A stretch of DNA of 63,844 nt, the filler included, from Chiloscyllium plagiosum (Eukaryota): NCBI RefSeq assembly GCF_004010195.1. It is 5 parts of one record of this genome, joined end to end, with 100 filler letters (N's around TTAATTAATTAA, not from the genome) between each part and the next. Parts side by side here need not be neighbours in the genome. Positions count along the whole stretch, not along the records: positions 52,507 to 59,720 come from NC_057711.1; positions 59,821 to 63,844 come from NC_057711.1; 3 more parts are not named here. One strand, 5' to 3'. The first letter of the stretch is position 1. Every line of letters begins with the position of its first letter. A program made the translations under genes and the position numbers. A model generated the notes under the pieces. That model was not told the DNA's origin and did not search any database. It worked only from the letters and a program-made list of their open reading frames with translations. Positions 53,466-63,844 of this stretch are shown piece after piece.

Positions 53466-55418
53466 CTGGAGAGAAGGAAATTAACACAGGACACTATCAC
53501 CTGGAATAATCATGTACAGATACTTCAAGTATATGTCGATATACTTTGTCACAAAATTAGAGGATTCATTTGACAATTAATTACAAAGTTTCCCTTTTGT
53601 ACCGTTTAATCCTGATATTTTGCTGAATTTAATAGGGGTCTGAGCAAAGTGGGCTATGACAAGGTTTGTGGTTGAATCAGAGGACAAGTCCATCTGTCTT
53701 TAGATCTGGAACATCTTTTATGCTTTTGCGAAGCAACAAGGTAGGTTTCTCAGTATGGAGTGGCAAGTTGCCAATTAGGGGACTTTTAGATTATATATTA
53801 TTAATAGAACAACTTATTCATTGATATCCAGCTTATTATCTTACCAAATAGACCAAACAAAGATGATATCAAAAATGCTCAACATAGACGTCAGAGTGGG
53901 TATTTGGCAACTTCAGCTCGCTGCTTGCTCCAAAAGAAATCCATGTTGACACCAAAATCTTAAGGTATGCTAAAGTCTGTAGTTGTTGGCATCTGACATG
54001 TGCCAACCTTGAAATACCGTTGGACTACACTGGCAACTATTATTGTAATGCTGCAGCAGGGACACTGCACACTCAGGCACACGCCGCCTACTTACAAACT
54101 GGAACAGGTTGTATCTCTCAGCTCTTCACTACTGTCAAAGTGCTCACTCATTCTGCCCCTACCTGAGTACTCACAGACCCTCCCATGTCTTCCCTGTTTG
54201 CATATTTCTTCCTCAGCCAGAATACAAGACTCATAGTACTGCAGTATTGCTGCGTCACTTGGTGCTGAGAGAAAGCCAGGAATCTTATCATGGTTGTCAG
54301 CAATCGTTCATCAAATCAAGGGAGATAGCTTTTACTCAGGGATCCTGCACAGTAAGCCTTTAATACCAGTCCAGGGACTTGGACACAGTCAGTCAGCTCT
54401 TTGGAATAACCAGAGTCAGCATGCTCTGCACATAAGGGTTGAAAAACCAAATGCTGTACCACTGACGTATTGACTTTTTCTGCTCTACCGTGGGCTCTTT
54501 TCCTCCTGGAATGAGATGGGGCAGGTATTGAGGGAGATGAAATGGATTATTATTAGGGCACTGTTGTGTCTGTTGGTGCAGGTGTGGTGTTGTCTAGGGT
54601 GAGTAGGCAGTGCAAAGGGCACGCATGGTTACTAATAAGAGGGATTGGAGTGGGTAACAGCAAATGGGAAAGGTGTTTCAGCCAAAAGTGAGAGTGGTAC
54701 AGCATGAGCCTTGGTTAAATGTGAGTACAAAAGCAAAGACAGACTGGTATGAGATATTGTAGAGAAGGTGGTGACACTTATTGTGGTGGATTGGAGAATG
54801 ACTTTGAGCTTCTTCCTCAAGTAGTGGGCATTCCTCCCAATGGCTTCAACTACTTTAACCTGGATGATGACCTCAGACCTTTACTTCTGGTCGCGGAAAA
54901 AGAGATATTCCATCTCTGAACCACCCTTTCCCGCAGCTCCAGCTTCCTGCCCACAGTGCAGGGTGCTAAATGTCCCTTGTTTGCCATGGCTGAGCTAAAT
55001 GACAGGAACCGTGAAAAGCAGCACTAGTCTGACAGTGCTTGTTTGGGTGCACAACAGCCTTTCAAAAAACCAGTGCCAGAGTGATGATTAATTCTGTGAT
55101 ATCCTGTATGATATGTGGGAAGACGGGGCTAGAATCAAGTGAGGGGGATGCAATTGGAATGGGCTGAGAAGTTAATGTGGCGAGTTTGGTAAGATATGAT
55201 GAATGATCTCACCAAGCTTTGCAGAAAGTAAAACCTTCCAAAATAAAGCGATGCAGCTGGTACTTAACTAAATAACTGTAAGATTCAACCAATAGACTCT
55301 TCTCCTTGAATGGGTTAAATGTTTGATGCAGAAAGATCCCATTGGTGTCAAACTTTGTAGAAATATTTGCTACTCATGTCTGACTTCGATAGACTGTTGT
55401 GGGCCATGTGCCTCTTAC

Positions 55419-55467
55419 AGCCCGAGATTAACATCCAGTCTCCCGTTCACTTCCGTTGCTTGACAAT
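55419..55467 (-). promoter_or_regulatory. Candidate promoter and first exon of the antisense gene: X-box-like GTTGCTTGACAAT (55455-55467), ETS-type CACTTCCG (55448-55455), ATG at 55434, donor GCT|gtaaga at 55418
   Basis: Motifs read directly. ATG TTA ATC TCG GGC T ends in phase 1, matching the phase-1 exon that starts at 53465. Motifs are short, so chance occurrence is possible. Confidence 0.35.
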
Positions 55468-57249
55468 GGGGAGTATAATTAGCAGCTACTTCCAGGAACG
55501 CTTGCTGATGTTCACCTCCAAGAATGCAGAAACTAATTGTGGGTACTCCAACCCCACTTCAAATGACATAAGTTAGCTCAACAGGCCACATATTAAACCC
55601 AAGACTTTTGTGAATAAAGGATTAATTATTCAAAGACATAAACTTGTTGAGCCATCACTTGATGTTGCTAAATGTTACTTATTTAAAAATGAATACAGGT
55701 TGCTCTTATGCTGAATGTATGTAGTATTGATTGGGCAATACATTGTTTGCACCAATGTTATTTAAGCATAAGAGATGCAGGACTGTTTCTCACCATGGGT
55801 TCTGGGGCTCCGACATCAGATGTATATTGGGTCTTGCGCTCATCACTGTTGGCACTGACACTGACTTGGTAATATTCCCAAACATATTTGCCCTGGTGAA
55901 TGAGTTGCAATGCTGCAGCTCCATTCAAAGGGGCAGCAGTCCCGAAGACCTCAACAGCCCCACTGGGAGAAGGCAGTGTGAGTGCCCTCTGCTGAAACTG
56001 TGCAGGGGCATCCTGAGAAAAGCCGTACGTCGGATGGTGAGAGTAGGAGACAACTGGATTGTTGGGCCTGCAGGGGCAGTCTTTTATTACTCACAAGCTT
56101 CAACTTTGTGCTGAGGAGCCTCTGACTTTAATGGTTCAATCCTAGAAGCGATAATGCCAATAGTTAGGGCTTTATTGAAACCACATTTGGCAAAAATGCC
56201 AATAGTTAGGGCTTTATTGAAACAAATCGACTGTCAGTCCCTATTGAACCTACACCTGATTTACCTCACAACTGTGACTAATTCTCCAGGCTACAGAAGA
56301 GTGATAGAGGCCTGTCTGACAATGGCACACTGCTAGTTCACTGCTGCCTCTTCCCTCATTGCCTCCTTCCTACAATCTGGGGACTGGGTAAAGTTAGCTT
56401 GCATCATGTAAAATGTAGCTCAGCTAAAATGAGGTGCCAATTGCATATGAATTTTTGCTGTTAACGCAAGAACATAAGAACTAGGAAAAAGAGTAGGCAA
56501 TTCAGTTCCTAAAGCTTGTTCTGCCATTTAATACAATCACTACTGATCTCACCTTGGCTTCAATTCCAATTCCTGCCCACTCTCCATAATCCTTAAATTC
56601 ATCACTAAGTAAAATTCTACCCATGTCCTGCTTAAATTTATTCAGTGCTCTGGCATCCCCACTACACTCTGGGGCATGTCCAAACAGCAGCCCTGACAGT
56701 TGGATGTTAAGGCATATGAGAAAGTGTGAAGAAAGCTAGTAATGTGATTAATTTAATGAAAGGAATGAGGGAAGATGAATAGGGATTTTGACAAGGAGTT
56801 TTTCTTATTCAGTTGTGCAGTGTGTGTGTTACTGGCTGGGCTAGTGTTTTTTGCCCATTATTAGCTACCCTTGAGAAAGTGATGCTGAGCTGTCCTCTTA
56901 AATCGCAGAAGTCCATGTGCGAAAGATAGATCCAAAATAATGTTAGGGAGGGAATTCCAGTATTCTGTCCCAATAATACTGAAAGATCAGCGACATATTT
57001 CCAAGTCAGTATGTCGAGTTGCTTGGAGGGGAGTTTTCTGGTGTTTCTATGAATCTGCTGCCTTTGTCCTTCCAGAAGGTAGTTGCCATGAGTTTGGAGG
57101 GTGCTGTCTAAGGATCACTGGTTAACCTCTACAGTACATCTTGTAGATGGTGTGCACTGCTACTACTGAGTTTTGGTAGTGGAATGAGTGAATGTTTAAG
57201 AATGCGATGGCAAACAAATGGTCTGCTTTGTCCTGAATAATGTTAAGCT

Positions 57250-59720
57250 TAGAGATTTAGAGTAATAGAGATCTACTGCATAGAAAAGGGTCCTTCGGCC
57301 CATTGTGTACCACTTTCCAGCAATTGGCACATTGCCTTGCATGACTTGGCATCATAAGTGCACATTTAGGTACTTCTTAAGTGTTATGAGGGCTTCTGTC
57401 TCTACCATTCTTACAGGCAGTGAATTTCAAATTGCGACACCCTCTTGGATGAAAAAGTTTTCCTAACATCTCCAAAGATATGTGGACTGGGCATGCTAAT
57501 ATTGCCCTGCATTGTCCAGGATGTGTAGTTTAGGTGGATTAGCCATGGCAAATCTGGGGTTACAGGAATAGAGTGTGGGGAATGAATTTGGTTGGATGGT
57601 CTTTAGAAGGTCAGTGCAGACTTGATGAGCTGAATGTCTTCTTTCTGCACTGTAGGGATTCTATGATTCTATAATTCTCTAATTTCAACTAAACCTTCTG
57701 TCCTTCACCTTAATCTGTGCCATCTGGTCATTCAGCCCTTCATCAAGGAGAAAAGTTTCTTACCTTACCTATGCTCCTCTTAATTTTATGCATCTTAATC
57801 ATGTCCCCTCGCAATCTCCTCTCATCTAAGAAAAAGATTCCAATCTGTCCAATCTCTCTTCATAACTGAAACTCTCCAGTTCAGGCAATATCCCAGTAAG
57901 TCTCCTCTGCACCGTCTCCATTAATTGTGGATTCCAGAACTGCATACAATACTTTAGCTGTCACCGAGCCAACACATGCGCCTCCCTGCTCTTAAACTCT
58001 GTGCCTCAAATAATAAAGGCAAGTATCCAATATGGCTTGTTATCTAAGTTATCTACCTGTCTTGATACCTTAATAGACCAGTGTACATACACTAATGTCC
58101 CTTTGATCCTCAGTGCTTCCAGGGTCCTACTATTCATCACATGTCCCCTTGCCTTGTTTGTCCTGCATAAATGCATCAATTGTCATTTACCTATATTGAA
58201 TTCTATTTTCTGCTGATCAGCCTATGTGACCAGCCCATCTACATTCTCTTGTTCAAGGCTATCTTCTTCACTATTTATCATCCCACCAAGTCTTATGTTA
58301 TCTGTGAATTTACTGATCAACCTCCCAACATTCAAGTCCAAGTCATTTATAGCAACCACAAATAGCAAGAACTCCAAAACTGAACTCTGTCGGACCACAT
58401 TGGATATGGACTTTGGAAAAACAACCCTCGACAATCAAATGGTCGGCTTTGTCCTGAATAATGTCAAGCTTAGAGATGTAGAGTCATAAAGATCTACTGC
58501 ATAGAAAAGGGCGCTTTAGCCCATTGTGTCCCACTTTCCAGCAACCCTCTGTTTTCTGCCATTCAGTCAATTTGTATCCAATTTGCTAAATTTCCTTGGA
58601 TCCTGTGGGCTCTTATCTTTGCCATCAGTCTCCTACGTGTGACCTTATCAAAGGTCCAAGTAAACTACATCTAGAGCAATGCCCACATCAATAGATCTGG
58701 TCACTGCTTCAAAAAACACAATCAGGTTGGTCAGACATGAGCTTCCCCTAACAAATTCATGCTGACTGTCCTTGATTCTCCAAATGCAGATTAATTTGGT
58801 TCCTTGGAATTGCTTCCAATAGTTTCCCTACAATTGAGGTTAGAATGTCTGGCTTGCAGTTTACTGATTTATCCATTTCTCCCTTCTTGACCAACAGTAC
58901 CACATTAGTTGTTCTCCAGTCCACCAGCACTGAGAGTAATAGAGTCAAAGAGATGTACAGCATGGAAACAGATCATTTGGTCCCACTTGTCCATGCCGAC
59001 CAGATATATCAACTCAATCTAGTCCCACCCGCCAGGCACCAGCCCCATATCCCTCCAAATCCTTCCTATTCATATACCCATCCAGATGCCTTTAAATTGT
59101 TGCAATTATGCTAGCCTCCACCACTTCCTCTGGCAGTTCATTCCATACACGGACCATAGAAATAGAAACATAGAAAAAATACAGCGCCCTTTGGCCCTCG
59201 ATGTTGCGTCGATCCAAGCCCACCTAAACTACACTAGCCCACTATCCTCCATATGCCTCTCCAATGCCCGTTTAAATGCCCATAAAGAGGGAGAGTCCAC
59301 CACTGCTACTGGCAGGGCATTCCATGAACTCACGACTCGCTGAGTAAAGAATCTACCCCTAACACCTGTCCTATACCTACCACCCCTTAATTTAAAGCTA
59401 TGCCCCCTCGTAATAGCTGACTCCATGCGTGGAAAAAGGTTCTCATGGTCAACCCTATCTAAACCCCTAATCATCTTGTACACCTCTATCAAGCCACCCC
59501 TAAACCTTCTTTTCTCCAATGAAAACAGCCACAAGTGCCTCAGCCTTTCCTCATACGATCTTCCTACCATACCAGGCAACATCCTGGTAAAACTCCTCTG
59601 CACCCGTTCCAGTGCCTCCACATCCTTCCTATAATATGGCGACCAAAACTGCACACAATACTCCAGATGCAGCCGCACCAGAGTCTTATACAACTGCAAC
59701 ATGACCACAGGACTCCGGAA
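57250..59720 (-). mobile_element. Stack of CR1 fragments: old copy 57250-58930, tail 58935-59150, young copy 59155-59720 ending at a gap
   Basis: DWRTTNVVLLVKKG, SKFTDNIRLGG, and the open CR1 C-terminus in ORF 59229..59708. Confidence 0.88.
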
Positions 59721-60013
59721 NNNNNNNNNNNNNNNNNNNNNNNNNNNNNNNNNNNNNNNNNNNNTTAATTAATTAANNNNNNNNNNNNNNNNNNNNNNNN
59801 NNNNNNNNNNNNNNNNNNNNAAGGTTTGGGTGAAGATTTGTAGCTCGGGTGCTCGTTGCTCATCCACAAACTCCATCAACAAACATATATACCTGGACCC
59901 AATATACCGGCCACTACAGTGGACAGCTGAAACTGACAACCGGAAGTGGCAGGGACAGGCCACTATAAATGCCGGAGGAAACACCACAGAAGCGCTTCAC
60001 AGGAGGCTCCCAA

Positions 60014-60053
60014 GCACTGAGGATGTCACCTAGACAGGGGACGAAACGTTTGC
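60014..60053 (+). ncRNA. Minimal hammerhead-ribozyme motif, second type, in PLE terminal repeat ~59821-60090
   Basis: GCA-CUGAGGA-U-GUCACC-uagaca-GGGGAC-GAAAC-GUU-UGC; stem I is GCA/UGC. A related decayed copy is at ~13050-13083. Confidence 0.6.
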
Positions 60054-60455
60054 AACAAAAATTTCCAGCTCGGCGAACAGAACCACAACAATGACAATTA
60101 TCTTGCCAAATTCAATACAAACTCCATTTACAAATTTGCTGATGACCCCAGCATAGCACCAGTGCCCCACAAGGATGCACTGTCAGCCCCAAGAACATAG
60201 ATTACAAGAAAATGATGGAGAGCTCAGAGGCATGGCGTAAAGACACCAATCTCTCTCTCAATACAGGGAATGTAGGGGACAGGGGCCATGGATCATTAGG
60301 AGGCAAACTGTACCTACTCCAATCGCATCAACCCAAGTTGCTTCTATGACCTCGGCATCCTCACCCCTGAAGCTACCCCAGAACCAAAATGCAGCAAGTC
60401 CAAGAGAGGTAATTATGGTATGGATTAAGATGAAGGGACATTGGGGAACCAGTAA

Positions 60456-63400
60456 TATTATGAAGTTGAAGGCATGGACTGTACCTTTAAAGAGAGAGTG
60501 AAAAGTGTTTTGTACTGAAAGCGCGCATACACTTGTCATTTGACTGGCGAGCAGTCTCAGTATGTACTGGAAAATTGAAAATAGGTAACATTTGGCTGTG
60601 AAACAAAGACCTGAGTTTTACATGCTATTTGCACAACAATTCAAATTTAACCAATTGAAATTATGCCCCAGGATACTAAAACTCAATCAAATTTGAATTT
60701 ATTACTTTTGCTAACCTTGAACTAATGAGTTGAGCTGATGATAGGGTTATAAAGAAGCAGGCATTTTGAGAGTTAGCCAGTGACAGACAACTCCCATCAT
60801 CATGGTAACTGCCAGCAGAACACTCTCTGTCAAAAGGCATCTTTTCATATGAAACATCTTTGCAGCAAAAGACCAAAGACGACCCAGGGAGATCTTCAGC
60901 TGAAAAAGAGATACCATAGATAACAGTCACTGTGTGGTTTTGAACTTAAGATGTAATTTTAATATGGAATTCTTTGGAAACAGTATAATGTTATAGCGTG
61001 GGAGGCAGATAACAAGCATTTCAGAGAAAGGAGGTTAAGTTGTAAATAGTTGTTGTTTAATGTTCACTTTTAGAATTAAAGAATAAATTGATTTTTTTCT
61101 TTAAATATTGGAATTTGGGAGTTCTCTGTCACTCATACTTTAACACATTACAAATTGAAGTGAGCTTTTCTTGATGTTTGGTTTAATTTGCAATAGGATT
61201 CAGCATCGTGTTGTAACAGCTTGGGGGCTCGTCTGGATTTGAAGAGGTTTAGACAGAACCAGTCTGAGATTTAAACAGATTTCAATAGATTTGTGATACA
61301 AAAGATCCCAGCAGATATAAACACTTGCCAATTTGTGTCCTAGATCATTAAATAAAATGTAGATGAGACTATTTGTTTAATTTTAGTTACTTGTGGTTGG
61401 TTAAATTAGAAATGAGAAAAGTGACTCTTAAAATTGCAAAAGAGATTCTGGAGCTTGAAGATGATTCCTAAATTTGCCAAGAAAGAATGACCATACTTAT
61501 AAAATTAGCAATGAGGTTAGAATTAGGTTTAACCAAAGATAAAAGTAAAACTGAAATTGTAAGGAGATTAGTCAAGCACTTAAGTAGGTCAGAGAAACAT
61601 CTAAGTGCAGCAGAGTTAGAAAAACTTAAATTATAATTCATGAAAATGGAGTTAGAAGACAAAGAAAGAGATAGAGAAAGAGAGTGGAAAAAAAGAGAGA
61701 GAAAGGAGAAGGAAAGAAAGACATGAAAAAGAGAGAAAGTTCTTAGCTGAGCAAAGAGAGAAAAGAAAGGGAGTGAGAAAAGAAAGAGAAAAGGAGAGAG
61801 AATTTGAACTTCAGAAGTTGCGACTTAGTCAGAAATGTCAAGTAACAGGATGGAGATGAAGAGAGAAGGTAGTGATGTATACAAATATGTTAAACATTGA
61901 GAAAGATGCTAAAGTCTTCTTTATTTCATTTGAAAAATTGGCTAGGCAGATGAAGTGGTCATAGGACTCGTGTGTAATGCTAGTTCAGACTAAGCTGATA
62001 GGCAGAGCTAGTGAGGTATTTGCAGCACTGTCAGTTGAGCGGTTAAAAGATCATGACAAGGTCAAATAGGTTATTTGAGTGCTTTTGAGTTAGTACCAAA
62101 AGGGTATAGACAGCAGTTCAGAAACATAAAGAAAGAATCAGGTCAGACTTACGTTGAGTTTGAAAGAATTAAACATAGGAGTGATATAGGAGTGTGGGCC
62201 TTAAAAAATAGATAAGACCAACGAGGCTCTAAGAAAGATTATACTACTGGAAGAGTTTAAAAATTCACTTCCAGAGATGATTAGAATTCATTTGGAGGAA
62301 CAGGAAGTTCAAGAAGTGAGAAGAGCAGCAAAGATGGCAGATGAACATATGTTGGTGCATAAGGCAAATATTAGCTTTCAGCAAGAATTTCATCCTGTGA
62401 GGGGTAGAAATTGGGAGAAGGGGAGATCCTACACTACAAAACAATGTAGAGCACACTGGTAAATATTTAGCACAGGTTAAAAAAGGAGCCCAAGAGGGTA
62501 GAAAGAAAATGAAAGGCCTCAGGTGTTTACATTGTAATGGATTGCAACACAGAAAATTACAGTACCGGTAGTTTAAGAAAGGCACTGGGAAAAAGTGATT
62601 TCACTGCCAGAAAGTGGGACACGTATAGTCAGAGTGCTGGCCATTAAAGAAAGGCACTGTGGGAAAGGATGTGGTAAAAGAGGCTAAGCCAGTGGCATTA
62701 ATGAAAGTAGCAAAAGAAACCCCCAAGAAAAGTTGAGGAGCTGCAGGAGAATGCAGTCTAGGCTGGGGTTGGGTATGGAGTTAGTGCCTGATCTCTGTAA
62801 AATTCACCTCTGTGGATAAAATTTACTCAGAAAGAACGGGGGAGAAGGGAAAAAAGTTATAGAGATACAGGATCAAATCAGTCTTTAATAGCAAGAGATG
62901 AACATATTTGCACTCTTTCTGACCTGTTTACCCGAGAGAGTGGTAACTTGTGGCACAGATGGACAGACATTTATCATTCCCCTAAGTCAGATCAGGTTTG
63001 AGTGCCAACTCAAGACTGGGGAAATAACAGTGGGAGTGATTGACAGATGTCAGTTCCAGGAATAAAGTTAGTTCTTGGGAATGATTTAGCAAGATTCAAA
63101 GCGGGAGTGTCACCCCTTGTTGTGGAAAAGCCAAAGGAAGACCAGGGAACTGAGGAGTTAAAAGAAAATTACCCCTGTAATTTTCACAGACTGTTTAGTA
63201 ACAAGATCCCACTATCATCAGACACAGCACGAAGCTAAAACTGAAGACGAAAGGTCAAGGAGTTGAGGTTAAGTTAGTGGACACCCCATTTGACGTAATG
63301 GTACAGAAAAAGCCTGAACGGGCAGAGAGTCAGGCAGAAATATTTAGTCCCAAAAGGCTAATGGACTTATGAGAGAAAGATGAGACAATAAAAGATATAT

Positions 63401-63465
63401 ATGTGGATGCATACTCAGGAAACGAGTCAAATATATTCCTGAGGGTTATTGTCTTAAAGATAGAA
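60456..63465 (+). mobile_element. Decayed Ty3/Gypsy (Gmr1-like) LTR retrotransposon: 5' LTR ~60456-61218, PBS-Pro 61222-61238, gag, protease
   Basis: LTR ends ttgtaaca, then tgggggctcgtctggat (tRNA-Pro PBS type). Gag YRQQFRN..ILLEEFKNSLPEMIRIHL..AAKMADE is SCAN-like. Two degenerate CCHC knuckles at ~62520-62645; protease RDTGSNQSL at ~62862; LVLGNDLA. Many stops and frameshifts. Confidence 0.88.
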
Positions 63466-63844
63466 GGAGAAAGTGAGGTCTGCAGATGCTGGAGATCAAA
63501 GTTGAAACTTTATTGCTGGAACAGCACAGCAGGTCAGGCAGCATCCAGGGAACAGGAGATTCGACGTTTCGGGCACAGGCCCTTCTTCAGGAATGAGCAG
63601 AGAGTGTTCAGCAGGAGAAGATAAAAGGTAGGGAGGAGGGACTTGGAGGAGGGGAGTTGGCAGAGGAGATGACCTGGGGTGTGCAGTGAGAGAGGGACTC
63701 ACTGAAATCTTTGTAGAGAGAGGCAGAGAGCTTCTTCAAGGAAGGCATCCTTGTAAGAGGATTCGCAGTAGGTTGAAATCTTCGAGGAGAAAGTGAGATC
63801 TGCAGATGCTGGAGATCAAAGTTGAAACTTTATTGCTGGAAAAG

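Larger units (their letters stand above)
19705..55434 (-). pseudogene. Candidate multi-exon antisense gene of unknown family, probably pseudogenised; overall span of the exon-like segments listed separately
   Basis: Repeated minus-strand pyrimidine-tract+AG acceptors and GTRAG-type donors bracket mostly open frames in non-repeat DNA. Several introns are 95-167 bp, phases match across consecutive junctions, and in-frame stops are scattered. Spans two assembly gaps. Confidence 0.55.

Noticed and set aside
56153..56223. Two 29-bp direct repeats ending in ATTGAAAC, reminiscent of CRISPR repeats
   Set aside because: Only two units, a 13-bp spacer, no cas genes and a vertebrate context; a simple local duplication.

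Overview
Vertebrate genomic DNA, AT-rich and repeat-dense. The repeat inventory (HE1/V-SINE-type tRNA SINEs, CR1 LINEs, Penelope-like elements) points to a cartilaginous fish, probably a shark (inference). The + strand carries four consecutive, phase-compatible coding exons of MPDZ/MUPP1 (1108-1302, 2107-2246, 8038-8251, 11749-11877: linker, PDZ1, first half of PDZ2). I found no further MPDZ exon in the remaining ~52 kb. In that stretch, on the - strand and between the repeats, is a chain of more than 15 exon-like segments (~55434 down to ~19700). They have GT-AG borders, several 95-167 bp introns and long runs of phase continuity, but also scattered in-frame stops and frameshifts. An ETS plus X-box-like motif pair sits at the 5' end. 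The best reading is an unrecognised, probably pseudogenised, multi-exon antisense gene that may be nested in an MPDZ intron. I cannot name the protein family. Mobile elements include: many CR1 fragments (one young family); SINEs; Penelope-like elements with three types of minimal hammerhead-ribozyme motif and inverted ends; a solo LTR with a 5-bp TSD; a decayed Gmr1-like Gypsy element with a tRNA-Pro PBS; a TA-flanked Tc1/mariner-pogo-type relic; and Harbinger-like Myb/SANT relics. Four 100-nt N gaps with a TTAATTAATTAA linker interrupt the window, so contiguity across them is unproven. Repeat boundaries are approximate (read by eye).
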